Shown here: positions 1-10,595 of the stretch, one piece after another | Numbering within the stretch: position 1 is the first letter of the stretch | How the letters are laid out: each line of letters opens with the position of its first letter | Assembly: GCA_963785035.1 (NCBI GenBank) | Contig: CAWATG010000001.1 | Location: 133,879 to 197,878 of the forward strand | Direction of reading: 5' to 3' | Source of the DNA: an uncultured Acidimicrobiia bacterium | Lineage (GTDB): Bacteria > Actinomycetota > Acidimicrobiia > IMCC26256 > CAWATG01 | Length of the DNA: 64,000 nt | Position numbers and translations under genes: made by a program | Notes under the pieces: model-generated | Seen by the model: the letters and a program-made list of their open reading frames with translations, nothing else | Told to the model about the DNA's origin: nothing | Database searches by the model: none

Positions 1-1109
1 ACGCCGTCCTCGATTTGCAGCGTGATGCCACCGCAGCGGCCGCCGATCACGGGCCGGCCCTTCCACAACCCCTCTGAGACCGTCAGGCCGAACCCTTCAC
101 GCAGCGATTTCTGAAGGACGACATCGGCAGCGCGTTGGAATGCGTTGATCTGGACCGCCCCGACCTGCTGGATGTTCGACAGCAGGTGAATACCGCGATC
201 GCCTGCGCGCTCGGTCTCAACCTCTTCCCAAACGCGGAAACCTTCAGGATCGTCGGTTGCCATGGAGCCTGCGAGTATGAGCTGCGCATCGGGGAACTGC
301 TCTCGCACGATACGGAATGCCCTGATCACGCCGACAGGATCTTTCCACGGGTCGAATCTGCTGACCTGACACACGATCGGACGGTCGACGTTGATGCCGT
401 ATTGCCGGCAGATCTCACGGGTGAATGCGTCGGGAAGGTCGAGGTTCTTGGGCGACAAGGGGTCGATGCACGGTGGCGCAATGACGACCTTGTCCATATT
501 CAGTGATGCCGGGACGAACTGCGGCATCGTCCATACCGAGGCGTCGTGGCGTTCCACGTATGGCCGGTAGAACTCCCACACGTCGGGGTTGGCGTCGGTG
601 AGGTCGATGTGGCAACGCCAGATCCACTTGGTCTCGGGACGGTTGATGGGAGTGTCATGCAAGAAGGCCAACATGGCCGCCGGCTGCGGATCATGGATCA
701 CGATGTAGTCCCACTCGCCGTCGACGAGAACGGCGTTCTCCATGACCTTGTGGAGATAGATCTGTTGCATCTCGGCTGTCCAGGCCACGTCGGCGCCTTG
801 GAGGGCATTGTGCACCTCTTTGGTGACCGCAAAAAATTCGTCGCTTCCGTGCATGACCTGCCAATGAGCGTCCACGCCGATGCTTTGGAGCAAGGGGACG
901 TGCGTGGAAAGCAGTTCTGCGACGCCACCGCCGTATGCCGTCGCATTGATGTGCAGGACACGCGCTCCCTGGAGCGGCCTAGCCAGCTCGTGGATCCGTT
1001 CCAGTACGTCACCCCCGACAATGGGGAGGTAATCGCCGAGGTCCTTTTCGAGCAATGGCACGTGTTCGAGCACGGCGTTCCTTCCCTCTTCCCGGGCCGG
1101 TGCCCACAC
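1..1109 (-). CDS. GT4-family glycosyltransferase, trehalose-synthase (TreT)-like; 3' end runs off the window
   Basis: This reverse-strand frame has no stop inside the window, so it is absent from the ORF track. My translation reads RNAVLEHVPLLEKDLGDYLPIVGGDVLERIHELARPLQGARVLHINATAYGGGVAELL...CQVSRFDPWKDPVGVIRAF...LREGFGLTVSEGLWKGRPVIGGRCGGI through to base 1. It shows group-1 glycosyltransferase blocks. The RFDPWKD block recalls TreT-type enzymes. The start is unresolved (GTG 1109 or TTG 1130). Confidence 0.72.
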   Translation of the reverse strand, partial: MWAPAREEGRNAVLEHVPLLEKDLGDYLPIVGGDVLERIHELARPLQGARVLHINATAYGGGVAELLSTHVPLLQSIGVDAHWQVMHGSDEFFAVTKEVHNALQGADVAWTAEMQQIYLHKVMENAVLVDGEWDYIVIHDPQPAAMLAFLHDTPINRPETKWIWRCHIDLTDANPDVWEFYRPYVERHDASVWTMPQFVPASLNMDKVVIAPPCIDPLSPKNLDLPDAFTREICRQYGINVDRPIVCQVSRFDPWKDPVGVIRAFRIVREQFPDAQLILAGSMATDDPEGFRVWEEVETERAGDRGIHLLSNIQQVGAVQINAFQRAADVVLQKSLREGFGLTVSEGLWKGRPVIGGRCGGITLQIEDG

Positions 1110-1140
1110 ACGGGCCCTGAGAAGGTTCAATCTATCGAGG

Positions 1141-2181
1141 ATGACCCGCGCAGTCGTATGCCCTGACAAGTTCCGTGGGACGCTCACGGCCGCCGCAGCG
1201 GCCGCGGCGATGGAGCGCGGCCTTTACGTTGCGGGCTTCGACGAGGTCCGCTCGGTACCCCTCGCCGACGGTGGCGAAGGCACACTCGACGCGCTTGTCG
1301 CCGCATGTGGAGGCGCGATCCGTTCGACTCGGGTGACGGGTCCGATGGGTGAGCCCGTCGACGCGACATGGGCCGTCCTCTCCGACGGAACGGCGGTTGT
1401 CGAGATGGCTCGGGCGAGCGGCCTTGCGCTGGTCGAGGGCCGCAACGACCCGCTGCGTGCGACGACTCGTGGGACAGGTGAGCTCATCGCCGCTGCGATT
1501 CGCGGTGGTTCCCATACGGTGATCGTGGCCTTGGGGGGAAGTGCCACGACCGATGGAGGGCTCGGCGCCCTCGACGCGCTCCAGTGGAACGTCCGCAAGA
1601 CACGGCTCATCGTTGCTTGTGACGTCGAAACCAAGTTCCTTGATGCCGCGGAGCGTTTCGGGCCGCAGAAGGGCGCAACAGCGGCGCAGGTGGGTCTCCT
1701 GAGCAGGCGCCTCGAACGGCTCGCCGAGGTCTTCATGGAACGAATGGGCGAGGATGTCACCATGCGCGTTGGCGGAGGCGCCGCGGGCGGACTCGCCGGG
1801 GCGCTCTCCACGTTGGGTGCCACGATCGAGCCCGGCTTCGACGTCGTGGCCCGCGCTGTGGGACTGGAAACGGCGCTCCTCGACGCGGACTTCGTCGTCA
1901 CGGGAGAGGGCAAGCTCGACGCGTCCAGTTTTGAGGGCAAGGTCGTCGGTGGCGTGTTGGGCTGGGCAGCGGACGCCGGTGTCGAGCGCTGTGCCGTGAT
2001 CGCCGGACAGGTCAGCGACGATGCTGCGCGCGCGATTGCCGAACATGGTGAGGAACTCGCTGATGCGTGGCTGTATGCGCTCACCGACCGGGTGTGGCAG
2101 GGAGGCGAGGCGTTTGCCCGCGCTGCGCTGCTCGTGGAGGAGGCGGCCGTGGAAGCAGGCCGTCGCGCCCTGTCGACCTAG
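1141..2181 (+). CDS. glycerate kinase
   Basis: 346-aa ORF. The N-terminus VVCPDKFRGTLTAAAAA...PLADGGEGTLDAL and the later GGSATTDGG and TGEGKLDASSFEGKV blocks match the GlxK/GarK glycerate kinase family as I know it. Confidence 0.85.
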   Translation: MTRAVVCPDKFRGTLTAAAAAAAMERGLYVAGFDEVRSVPLADGGEGTLDALVAACGGAIRSTRVTGPMGEPVDATWAVLSDGTAVVEMARASGLALVEGRNDPLRATTRGTGELIAAAIRGGSHTVIVALGGSATTDGGLGALDALQWNVRKTRLIVACDVETKFLDAAERFGPQKGATAAQVGLLSRRLERLAEVFMERMGEDVTMRVGGGAAGGLAGALSTLGATIEPGFDVVARAVGLETALLDADFVVTGEGKLDASSFEGKVVGGVLGWAADAGVERCAVIAGQVSDDAARAIAEHGEELADAWLYALTDRVWQGGEAFARAALLVEEAAVEAGRRALST

Positions 2182-2292
2182 CGTCGCCAAAACCGATCGA
2201 ACTGGCACGCGCCAGGTGCCCTTGTGGGACAGCCGGCGCGTACCAGTTCGAGGTTCGAGCGTGCCGAGATGGTGCCGGTGTGAGCGACGGTG

Positions 2293-3499
2293 TTAGGCCG
2301 CAGCCTTTTCCAGAATGTGGATACCGCAGGCAGATCCGAGGCCGATGACGTGAGCGAGGCCGACACGTGCGTTCTCGATCTGGCGTGGCCCAGCCTCCCC
2401 ACGCAGATGCGTGGCGATCTCCCAGACGTTCGCAATACCGGTTGCCGCAATCGGGTGGCCCTTGGATTCGAGACCACCTGACACGTTGACGGGCGTCTTG
2501 CCGTCACGCCAGGTTGCTCCGGAGTTGAAGAAGTCCACGGCGCCGCCCTCAGGACAGAGCATCAGGTTGTCGTAGTGGACGAGCTCGGCTGTTGCGAAGC
2601 AGTCGTGCAGCTCGACGAGGTCCAGGTCGTCGGGCCCGATGCCCGCCTTCTCGTACGCCTGCGTGACCGCGTTGCGCGTCAGCGTGTTGACGTCGGGGAG
2701 GATCTGGCATGCCTCTTCCCAAGGGTCCGTCGTGAGGATCGACGCGGAGATCTTCACCGCACGCTGCTGCTGAGCGAGCGAGAGCGTGCGCAACTTCGCG
2801 TCGCTGACCAGGACCGCGGCGGCGGCGCCGTCGCAGTTGGCCGAGCACATCGGACGGGTGTTCGGGTACGAGATCATGATGTCGTTCATGATTTCCTCGA
2901 GCGTGAAGCGCTTCTGATACGCCGCCAATGGGTTCAAGGTCGAGTGCGCGTGGTTCTTCTCGGAGATCTTGGCGAACAGCTCGAAGCTCGTACCGCCATA
3001 GCGGTGCCCGTACTCCATGCCGATCTGCGCGAACACGCCCGGCATGATCTCGGTGCCGATACGCCCGTCGACCGGGGCCACCGCGCCATAACGGCCCGAT
3101 GGCGTCCACTCGGCGGAGTCATCGCCGCGCATGCCGCCCGCGAGCAGTCCGGCGCCGGCGAGCTTTTCGACGCCCATGGCGAGACCCATGTCGCATTCGC
3201 CCGAACGGATGGCCATGTAGGCGACGCGCGACTGCGGTCGCGCCCGTCGCACATGCATTGGCGACGTTATAGACCGGGATTCCGGTCTGACCGACCTGCT
3301 TCTGGAGTTGTTGACCGATTCCGGCTGCGGCGTTCATCAGCGAGCCCGCAGCGATGACGCCGATGTCCTTCATCGTGACGCCACCGTCGGCAAGTGCGGC
3401 CATCGTGGCTTCGGATGCGAGGTCCATCGTGTCGAGCTCTTTGTGCTTGCCGAACTTGGTCATGTTGATGCCAAGGATCCATACGTCGTCACTTGCCAT
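2293..3499 (-). pseudogene. SCP-x/Ltp-type thiolase (lipid-transfer-protein-like), reading frame broken once
   Basis: Reverse ORFs 3119..3499 and 2293..3258 are the two parts of one thiolase: ...IPVYNVANACATGATAV | AYMAIRSGECDMGLAMGVEKL... C-terminal GLESKGHPIAATG and GLGSACG blocks are present. The frames join if one base is removed near 3224-3232. Confidence 0.85.
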
Positions 3500-3559
3500 G
3501 GTGCGTGCCTCCGTCGTGACTGCAGCGTGAGTGGTTGAAGTGGGTCGCGTTCAAGGTGC

Positions 3560-3955
3560 TCATACGTTGGGCTCGAAACCGAAGCCGATCGCCTCGGTGC
3601 CGGCTTGGTCTTCACCGATGGAATAGGTCGCGAGCCGGACCTTCATCCCGAGGGGCACGTGCTCAGGGTCTGCTTCGACATTGATGATGTTGGCGCGCAC
3701 GCTTGTCCCGTCACAGTCGACGATGGCGGAGACGAACGGGACCGGGATCCCCGGTGCGGCGAACGCCACGATGGTGAAGGCACGTACGAAGCCTTCGGTG
3801 CCGATCGGAACATCGGCGAACGACGTGCCCGAACAGTTGGCGCATGCATTGCGACGATCAAAGAAACGAGCGTGGCATGCCGTGCATTCATGTGCGATGA
3901 GATGTGGATTCTCGCCGAGTACGAGGTAATCGACGAGGGGGACTTGGTTGGCCAT
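3560..3955 (-). CDS. DUF35 OB-fold / zinc-ribbon protein (thiolase partner)
   Basis: ORF 3560..4003, with the start moved to ATG 3955 (GGGAGAA upstream). It has a CxxC...CxxC ribbon (HECTACHARFFDRRNACANC) followed by an OB-fold-like region. It lies directly upstream of the Ltp-type thiolase, which is the usual pairing. Confidence 0.8.
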   Translation of the reverse strand: MANQVPLVDYLVLGENPHLIAHECTACHARFFDRRNACANCSGTSFADVPIGTEGFVRAFTIVAFAAPGIPVPFVSAIVDCDGTSVRANIINVEADPEHVPLGMKVRLATYSIGEDQAGTEAIGFGFEPNV

Positions 3956-4067
3956 GGACTTCTCCCGTTGGCGCTGGTGTGTGCGGTGGATGGAACGGTG
4001 CAATGAAGCTAGAAAACGAGCAAATGAGTGTGACCTACGACGCTACCGCGAAGGCGTTGACCGATGC

Positions 4068-5205
4068 TCAGCGCGTACCGAAGTTGAAGACCCGGCGTGC
4101 GTTCAGCTCGGTGATTTGGTGGGCCTCGTCGTCGGGGACATCGGCCAGCATTTCGGCGACCCGCTTCCGGCTGTTCGGCCAATTGCTGTCACTGTGGGGA
4201 TAGTCGCCCTCCCACATGATGTTCCCGACGCCTATCCGGTGTCGTGCTTCGATGCCGGCCTCGTCGTCGATGAAACACCCGAAAATGTGGTCGGCGAAGA
4301 GTTCCGAGGGTCGTGCGTCGAAGTTGAGCGTCTGCTGGTAATAACGGTGCCGCTCCCAGGTGTAGTCGGCTCGTTCGAGGATGTAGGGCATCCATCCGAT
4401 GCCGCCCTCGGACAACGCGACCTTCAAGCGTGGGAACTTGTGAAAGACCGGCGACATCAACAGGTCGACGGTGGTGGCCATCGAGTTGGTGCCGAACAGG
4501 GCAATGATCACCGCAAAGGGAGCTTCGAGCGCAGTCATCGGAACCTTGGTCGACGATCCGAAGTGCATGCACAGTGGCATGTCGCCGGCTTGCGCAGCAG
4601 CGAAGACCGGGTCCCAGTGTTCGGTGTGAAACGAGGGCAGACCCATTGGAACAGGGTTTTCGGTAAAGGCGATGGATGTCGCGCCTTTCGCTGCGGTGCG
4701 TTCGATCTCAGCGGCAGCCAATTTCGGATCCCACAGCGGCAGAATCACCATCGGAATGAAGCGGTCGGGCGCATACGCCGTCCACTCGTCGATCATGAAG
4801 TCGTTGTATGCCTGGACGCATGCGAGACCGAGGTCCTTGTCGGCAGCGTTCAGGAACGTCCCGCCGCAGAAGCCGGCGAAGGACGGAAAGCACATCTGGC
4901 CTGTCACGCCGTCGGTGTCCATGTCTCGGACCCGTGCAGCGACGTCATAACACCCAGGCAGCATCTGGTCGTAGCGCACGGGATCAAAGCCGTACTCCTC
5001 GTAGGACTTTCCCGCGACGGCGTTGAGGCCGATCTGCGCGTGCTCGGCGCCCTCGAAGAGCCAAGACTCCTGACCTGCATCGTTCTCGACGATGCGCGGC
5101 GCCTGGTCGGCGTACTTCGTCGGACATCCGATCGGTCCAGACCGTCGGATGTTCGATGACATGGTCGTCGACGGAGATCAAACACATGGCGTCTTGTAAG
5201 GGCAT
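4068..5205 (-). pseudogene. amidohydrolase-2 family metal-dependent hydrolase, reading frame broken once
   Basis: ORF 4984..5205 (MPLQDAMCLISVDDHVIEHPTVWTDR) and ORF 4068..5162 (..PTKYADQAPRIVENDAG...GDYPHSDSNWP) form one gene. Removing the base after the internal ATG at about 5124 gives ...VWTDRMPTKYADQAPRIV... Confidence 0.8.
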
Positions 5206-5245
5206 GGCGCCTCACCTCTCGAGAAAGCCGCATCGGCGGGTTTCG

Positions 5246-6700
5246 TTACTGGGCCGCTCCCCATTGGATGGTCTTCAATTCGACGTATTCATGCAGGCCG
5301 TAGTCGGAGAGTTCGCGGCCGATCCCGGAACGTTTGAAGCCGCCGAACGGTCCGTAAGGTCCGAAGCCTCCGCCACCGCCGTTGACGGTGACCGTCCCGG
5401 TGCGTAAACGCTTGGCGACGCCGTACGCCGCAACGGGGTCGGGGTGCCATACCGCGCCGGCCAGTCCATAGGGCGAGTCGTTCGCGATCTGCACGGCTTC
5501 GTCAAGGGTGTCGAAGGCGATGATGCACCCGACGGGTCCGAAGATCTCCTCACGCGCGATGCGCATGGAGTTGTCGACGTCGGTGAAGAGCGTCGGTTGT
5601 ACGAAGAAGCCGTTTTCGAGCCCGTCAGGACGGCCGCCGCCGAATGCAACCGTCGCCCCTTCGTCACGTCCGAGCGCCACGTACCGTTCGACGCGTGCGC
5701 GCTGGGCCTCGGAAATCAGCGGCCCCATCATCACCATTGGGTCGGTTGGGTCGCCGACCGAAAGGAAACCGAGGAAGGTGCAGAGCCGTTCCACGAGTTG
5801 GTCGTGAATGCTGCGCTGCACGAGGATGCGCGTGGTGAGCGCGCAACCCTGTCCGGCGTGCGTGGTGAATCCCATGATCGTCTGCGGCACCACACGGTCG
5901 AGGTCCGATCCGGCGAAGATGATGTTCGCGGACTTGCCGCCCAGCTCCAACAGCGTCTTCTTGAGTCCGAGCGCCGCCTGGCCCATGACCTCACTGCCGA
6001 CGACATCGGAGCCGGTGAAACTGACGAGGTCGACTCCTGGGCTTGTCGTCAACGCCCGACCGGCATCGATGCCCCCGGTCACGACGTTGAGCACTCCCGG
6101 CGGAAGTCCTGCCTCCTCGGCAATCTCGCCGAGCACGAAGGCCTCGAGCGGCGTGTGCGGCGATGGCTTGAGGACCATGGTGTTTCCCATTGCCAAAGCG
6201 GGCCCGATCTTCCAGAGGTTCAGGAACAGCGGGAAGTTGAACGGTGTGATGGCGGCGACGACGCCGACCGGTTCCTTGGAGATGATGCCTTGGCCGATCC
6301 CCATGCCGATGACCGGTGGCAATGGCTCCTCGAAGGGAAACGTCGCAGCACGTTCTGCGAACCACCGAAAATGCTCCAGCGGGATCCCGACCTGGAGGAA
6401 GTCGGCGAGCATACGCGTGGAGCCGGCCTCGGCCATGTTGAGATCGAGGAGTGATTCCTTACGTTTCGTGAGCGCGTCGAGGAACGCCAGGAGAATGCGA
6501 GACCGTTCCGCAGGGGCCATGGTGGGCCACGGCCCTTCGTCGAACGCATGGCGTGCCGCCGTGACCGCAGCGTCGATGTCCTCGACGCTTGCCTCGGGAA
6601 CCCGTCCGATGTTCTCGCCGTTTGCGGGGTTGATGACCGCAAGCTCACCGCCGTGGCCCGGCGTCCATGTGCCGTCGATGAAGAGGTCGTATTCCGTCAT
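5246..6700 (-). CDS. NAD(P)-dependent aldehyde dehydrogenase
   Basis: ORF 5246..6778, with the start moved to ATG 6700 (GAGGGGAAACGG upstream). ALDH blocks are present: FTGSDVVG, ELGGKSANIIF and the catalytic-Cys block HAGQGCALTTR. Confidence 0.88.
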   Translation of the reverse strand: MTEYDLFIDGTWTPGHGGELAVINPANGENIGRVPEASVEDIDAAVTAARHAFDEGPWPTMAPAERSRILLAFLDALTKRKESLLDLNMAEAGSTRMLADFLQVGIPLEHFRWFAERAATFPFEEPLPPVIGMGIGQGIISKEPVGVVAAITPFNFPLFLNLWKIGPALAMGNTMVLKPSPHTPLEAFVLGEIAEEAGLPPGVLNVVTGGIDAGRALTTSPGVDLVSFTGSDVVGSEVMGQAALGLKKTLLELGGKSANIIFAGSDLDRVVPQTIMGFTTHAGQGCALTTRILVQRSIHDQLVERLCTFLGFLSVGDPTDPMVMMGPLISEAQRARVERYVALGRDEGATVAFGGGRPDGLENGFFVQPTLFTDVDNSMRIAREEIFGPVGCIIAFDTLDEAVQIANDSPYGLAGAVWHPDPVAAYGVAKRLRTGTVTVNGGGGGFGPYGPFGGFKRSGIGRELSDYGLHEYVELKTIQWGAAQ

Positions 6701-6765
6701 CCGTTTCCCCTCACGCGCCGACATCGCCATTGTGACGGCTGGCACACCAACGCTATGCTCCGATT

Positions 6766-6782
6766 CAATGTGACACAAGTGA
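6766..6782. promoter_or_regulatory. candidate operator containing ATGTGACACA (TGTG-N-CACA core) between divergent ALDH and ACAD genes
   Basis: The sequence tcaATGTGACACAagtg lies in the 122-bp divergent intergenic region. The same 10-mer recurs in inverted orientation at 10565-10574, upstream of the P450 gene. Confidence 0.3.
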
Positions 6783-6822
6783 AATTTGTCTCGTCGCCTC
6801 GCATGGCAGCACAGCGCGGGAC

Positions 6823-7962
6823 GTGGTTTCCGATGATGAGGGTGCCGACGGGGGTGTCGTGGACTTCGGACTCAGTGAAGAACAAGACATGCTGCGCGCG
6901 GCCACTCGAGGGTTCCTCGACGCACATTCGCCGCTGACGGTGGTGCGCGCCACGATGGAGTCCGAATTGGGTTCGGATCCAGAGGTGTGGCGCGGCGGTG
7001 TCGAGATGGGCTGGGTCGACCTGGCGACCGGTAGCGGCTCGGACGGAGGCATCGGCGGAGGAATCGTCGATCTGGTCGTGGTCTCCGAGGAACTTGGTCG
7101 TCTGGTGCAACCGGGACCCTTCCTTCCCAACAGCGTGGTCGGGCAAGCGGTCACCGAGTTCGGGACGTCCGAGCAACTCGCAGCGGTGCGCGGTGGCATT
7201 GCGACGTGGTGTTTTGTTGAACCCGGTGGTCTCTGGGATGGCGAGGGTGTGGCATTGGAGGCCAAGCCGTACGGCGATGGCTTCGAGCTTCGGGGCCAGA
7301 AGCGGTACGTCCAGGATGCGCACCTGGCCGATTGGCTGCTCGTTACGGGGCGGGTCGATGGAGCGCTCACCCAATTCCTCGTCGAGGCAGCCAGTCCGGG
7401 CATCGAGATCGTTCGTCTGGCGACGCTCGATATCACGCGTCGGCTTTTTGAGGTGGCCTTCGATGGCGTGCAGGTGTCTGCGTCCGCTGTCGTCGGCGAT
7501 GTCGGACGCGCAGCGGGCGCGATCGAGCGACAGATTCAAGCGGCAGTCATCCTGCAATGCGCAGAAAGCGTGGGCGCCGCACAGCAGCTTCTCGTTATGA
7601 CCGTGCAGTACGCCAAGGACCGGGTGCAGTTCGGCCGTGCGATCGGCAGCTTCCAGGCGATCAAACACAAGTGCGCCAACATGGCGACGTGGGTCGAGGC
7701 GTCGAAGGCCGCGACGTATTACGCGGCGTTGACCTACCAGGACCGCATGGAAGATGCACCGAGCGCGGCCAGCATCGCAAAGTCATATGTCGGCGACGCG
7801 TTCAGCGGTCTGGCCGGTGAGGCACTGCAGATCCATGGGGGGATCGGGTTCACCTGGGAGCACGACGTGCACCTGTATTTGCGGCGAGCCAAGAGCAACG
7901 AAGTGCTCTACGGCGACCCGGCATGGCACCGCGAGCGAATCTGTCGATTGCTCGCAGTCTGA
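6823..7962 (+). CDS. acyl-CoA dehydrogenase, FadE27/ChsE beta-subunit-like
   Basis: 379-aa ORF with the ACAD fold. The C-terminal IHGGIGFTWEHDVHLYLRRAK block is typical of the non-FAD-binding partner in heteromeric lipid/steroid ACADs. The exact start is unresolved. Confidence 0.8.
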   Translation: MVSDDEGADGGVVDFGLSEEQDMLRAATRGFLDAHSPLTVVRATMESELGSDPEVWRGGVEMGWVDLATGSGSDGGIGGGIVDLVVVSEELGRLVQPGPFLPNSVVGQAVTEFGTSEQLAAVRGGIATWCFVEPGGLWDGEGVALEAKPYGDGFELRGQKRYVQDAHLADWLLVTGRVDGALTQFLVEAASPGIEIVRLATLDITRRLFEVAFDGVQVSASAVVGDVGRAAGAIERQIQAAVILQCAESVGAAQQLLVMTVQYAKDRVQFGRAIGSFQAIKHKCANMATWVEASKAATYYAALTYQDRMEDAPSAASIAKSYVGDAFSGLAGEALQIHGGIGFTWEHDVHLYLRRAKSNEVLYGDPAWHRERICRLLAV

Positions 7963-7993
7963 GGTTTCTCGAGACGCATCGGAAGGACGTGCA

Positions 7994-9296
7994 ATGTCCG
8001 ACACCAAGGCTGAGTTCGAAAAGGCAACCGAATACGCGATCAAAGAGGAGGACATCGACCGCGCGCGAGCGTTGGTCGGCGTCGATGCCGTCGAGCGCGA
8101 TGCGCGAGCACCTGAGCCAGGGTTCGTTCGACGCGATTCGCAACTTTGCGCGCAGCTACGGCGACGACAATCCGCTGTGGAACGACGAGGAATACGGCTA
8201 CAGCACGCGTTGGGGTTCGCAGATCGCGCCTCCGATGATCGGGGTCGCAATGAACAAGCCGCTCTTGAGCGACAAGCCCGAGGTTGCCCTGAAGAAGCCG
8301 TCGTTTCGTGGGATTCACGTGTTCGTCTCGGGGAGTACGTGGGAGTGGTTCCGTCCGCTGCGTGCCGGTGACACGCTTTCGAGTTTCGGTGGCTTCGAGT
8401 CGGTGAATGTCAAGAAGTCGGAGTTCGCCGAGCGGTCGGTGCAGATCGTGCACCGCAACGTGAAGTTCAACCAACGTGGTGAAGTGGTCGCGCTGACTCG
8501 AATGTTGGCGATCTATGCGGAGCGAAAGACGGCACGGGACAAGGGCAAGTACGCGGCGATCGAGCCTGCGAACTACACCGATGAAGATCTCGCCAAGATC
8601 GATGCGATCTACGCGGCGGAGCAACCCCGCGGTGGTGAAACCCGATATTGGGAGGACGTCGAGGTCGGTGACGCGTTACGGCCGATGGCCAAAGGTCCAC
8701 TCACCACGACCGACATCATCGTTTTTCACGCCGGAGGTTATGGCTTCACGCCCTATGCGCCGACGACAGGGCGCCTTGCCTACGAGAACCGGCAACGGAT
8801 CAAGCCCTTCTACGTGAAGAACGCGCAAGGTATTCCCGATGTGGCTCAGCGCGTCCATTGGGACCCGGCGTGGGCCCAAGCGATCGGGAACCCGATTGCG
8901 TACGACTATGGGGTATTGCGCGATTGCTGGCTTTCTCACGCGCTCACCGACTGGATGGGCGACGACGGTTGGCTCATGCGGCTCAACACCGAGATCCGCA
9001 AGTTCAACTACATGGGCGACACACACGTCATAACGGGAGAGGTCATTGCGAAACGCGTCGAGGATGGGCGCCACCTCGTGGATATCGAGCTGCGTGGCAC
9101 CAATCAACGTGATGTCGTGACGTGTCCCGGTTCTGCAACCATCGCGTTGCCGAGCCGGACGGGCGGGCCGGTCGTGCTGCCCGAGGCGCCGGCAGATTTG
9201 CAGCAACGGTCGTCGGAGATCCTGGCGCGTCACGGCGTTCTCGATGCGGCTCGTCGCGCGGCGCTGTCCCAGAGCCGCAGCTCCGGCAGCGGCTAG
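7994..9296 (+). pseudogene. double hot-dog (FAS1-dehydratase-like + MaoC-like) enoyl-CoA hydratase, reading frame broken once
   Basis: ATG 7994 (GGAAGGA upstream) opens MSDTKAEFEKATEYAIKEEDIDRARALVGVD... The protein continues in the +1 frame as ...REHLSQGSFDAIRNFARSYGDDNPLWNDEEY... to 9296. One extra base lies somewhere in 8075-8105. Confidence 0.8.
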
Positions 9297-10501
9297 GACC
9301 AGACGAGCGGCAGCACGTCGTAGCCGGCGACGCCTGCAACGTGCTGCTTGAGTTGGGCGCCTGGAGCGACGCTGTAGTTCGGGATGCGCGCGTGCCACTC
9401 TTCGAGCGCGATGCGCAGTTCCATGCGCGCGAGGTGCGAACCGAGGCAACGATGTGGTCCGGCGCCGAACGCGACATGGCGGTTGACCGAGCGCCCCAGG
9501 TCGACGGAAGTCCCATCGGGAAACTCGTCGTCGCGGTTGGCTGAGAGCGTCGGGAGCAGGACTCGATCTCCTGCCTTCATGGGGCATCCCGCGAATTCGA
9601 TGTCGCGTGTGACCACGCGTACGGGTGTGACGATCGAGTAGGCGCGCATGAGTTCTTCGACGGCTGTGGGGATGATGGAGGGGTCGGCGATGATTCGCTC
9701 GCGGTCGTCAGGATGGTCTGCAAGGTGGCGGAACATGTAGCCGAGTGTTCCGGCAACGGTGTCGAGCCCTGCCATGTACAGCAGGAACACGATTTGCAGC
9801 AGCTCCATCTCCTCGAGCGGACGCCCTTCGAGCTCACAGGCCACCAAATAGCTGACGATGTCGTCGCGAGGTTCGGCGCGCCGGTCGTTCAACAGCACGC
9901 CGAGGTAGGCGAAGATGTCCATTGCTGCGGCCATTCGCTTGGCGCCGTCGGGATCGGTCGCGACGCTTTCGTGCATCAAGCGGTCTGCCCAGTCGAGGAA
10001 CGTGTCGGCATCCTCGACTGGAAGGCCCATGAGTCGCATGAAGATGATCGTGGGGTATCGGCGTGAGAACTGTGCGACCACATCACACGCACCGGCGTCC
10101 TTGAACCCTTCGATGAGTGAGATGCAATGTGCACGAATGCTCTCCTCCATCGGCTCGACGCGTCCGGGCGTGAACAGCGGGGTCAGAAGTTGGCGGTACT
10201 TCGTGTGCTCGGGCGGGTCGAGCTCCTCGGGGATGAGCGGGGGAAAGGTACGAGCCTCGCCGCTCGGCGGATCAAGGGCTCCTTGGGACGAGAAAGTGTC
10301 GTACTGCTGAAACGCCTCGTGGACGTCGTCGTACTTGAGTAGCACCCAGCCGGGCATCATCGACGTCGAGGTGTAGAAGGACCGGTACTGGTCGCGCAGT
10401 CCATCGAGGAATCCGAAGGGGTTCGCGAGCATTGCGGGTTCGCTGTCCATCGAGATCTCGAGTGTCGGCGCACCAACGCCGCTCCCATTTGCCACTGTCA
10501 T
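9293..10501 (-). CDS. cytochrome P450
   Basis: 402-aa ORF with an ExxR motif (EELMR) and the heme-thiolate loop FGAGPHRCLGSHLA. Confidence 0.92.
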   Translation of the reverse strand: MTVANGSGVGAPTLEISMDSEPAMLANPFGFLDGLRDQYRSFYTSTSMMPGWVLLKYDDVHEAFQQYDTFSSQGALDPPSGEARTFPPLIPEELDPPEHTKYRQLLTPLFTPGRVEPMEESIRAHCISLIEGFKDAGACDVVAQFSRRYPTIIFMRLMGLPVEDADTFLDWADRLMHESVATDPDGAKRMAAAMDIFAYLGVLLNDRRAEPRDDIVSYLVACELEGRPLEEMELLQIVFLLYMAGLDTVAGTLGYMFRHLADHPDDRERIIADPSIIPTAVEELMRAYSIVTPVRVVTRDIEFAGCPMKAGDRVLLPTLSANRDDEFPDGTSVDLGRSVNRHVAFGAGPHRCLGSHLARMELRIALEEWHARIPNYSVAPGAQLKQHVAGVAGYDVLPLVWS

Positions 10502-10560
10502 CCTGGCCCCCTCGCTGCGCGGTGCCCATCGGGTCTACTCACGTGCCGTGTCCCCAGCAT

Positions 10561-10577
10561 GACGTGTGTCACATGTC
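10561..10577. promoter_or_regulatory. near-perfect 8-1-8 palindrome GACGTGTG-T-CACATGTC upstream of the P450 gene
   Basis: It lies 60-76 nt upstream of the P450 start codon. The arms have one mismatch. It contains the reverse complement of the ATGTGACACA 10-mer seen at 6768-6777. Confidence 0.35.
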
Positions 10578-10595
10578 AGTTCAAGGGGGCGTGGT

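Noticed and set aside
9293-9296. Convergent genes sharing the palindrome CTAG as both stop codons (hydratase/P450 here; also 15227-15230).
   Set aside because: It is real in the sequence, but it is a trivial consequence of TAG being self-complementary within CTAG. No function is implied.
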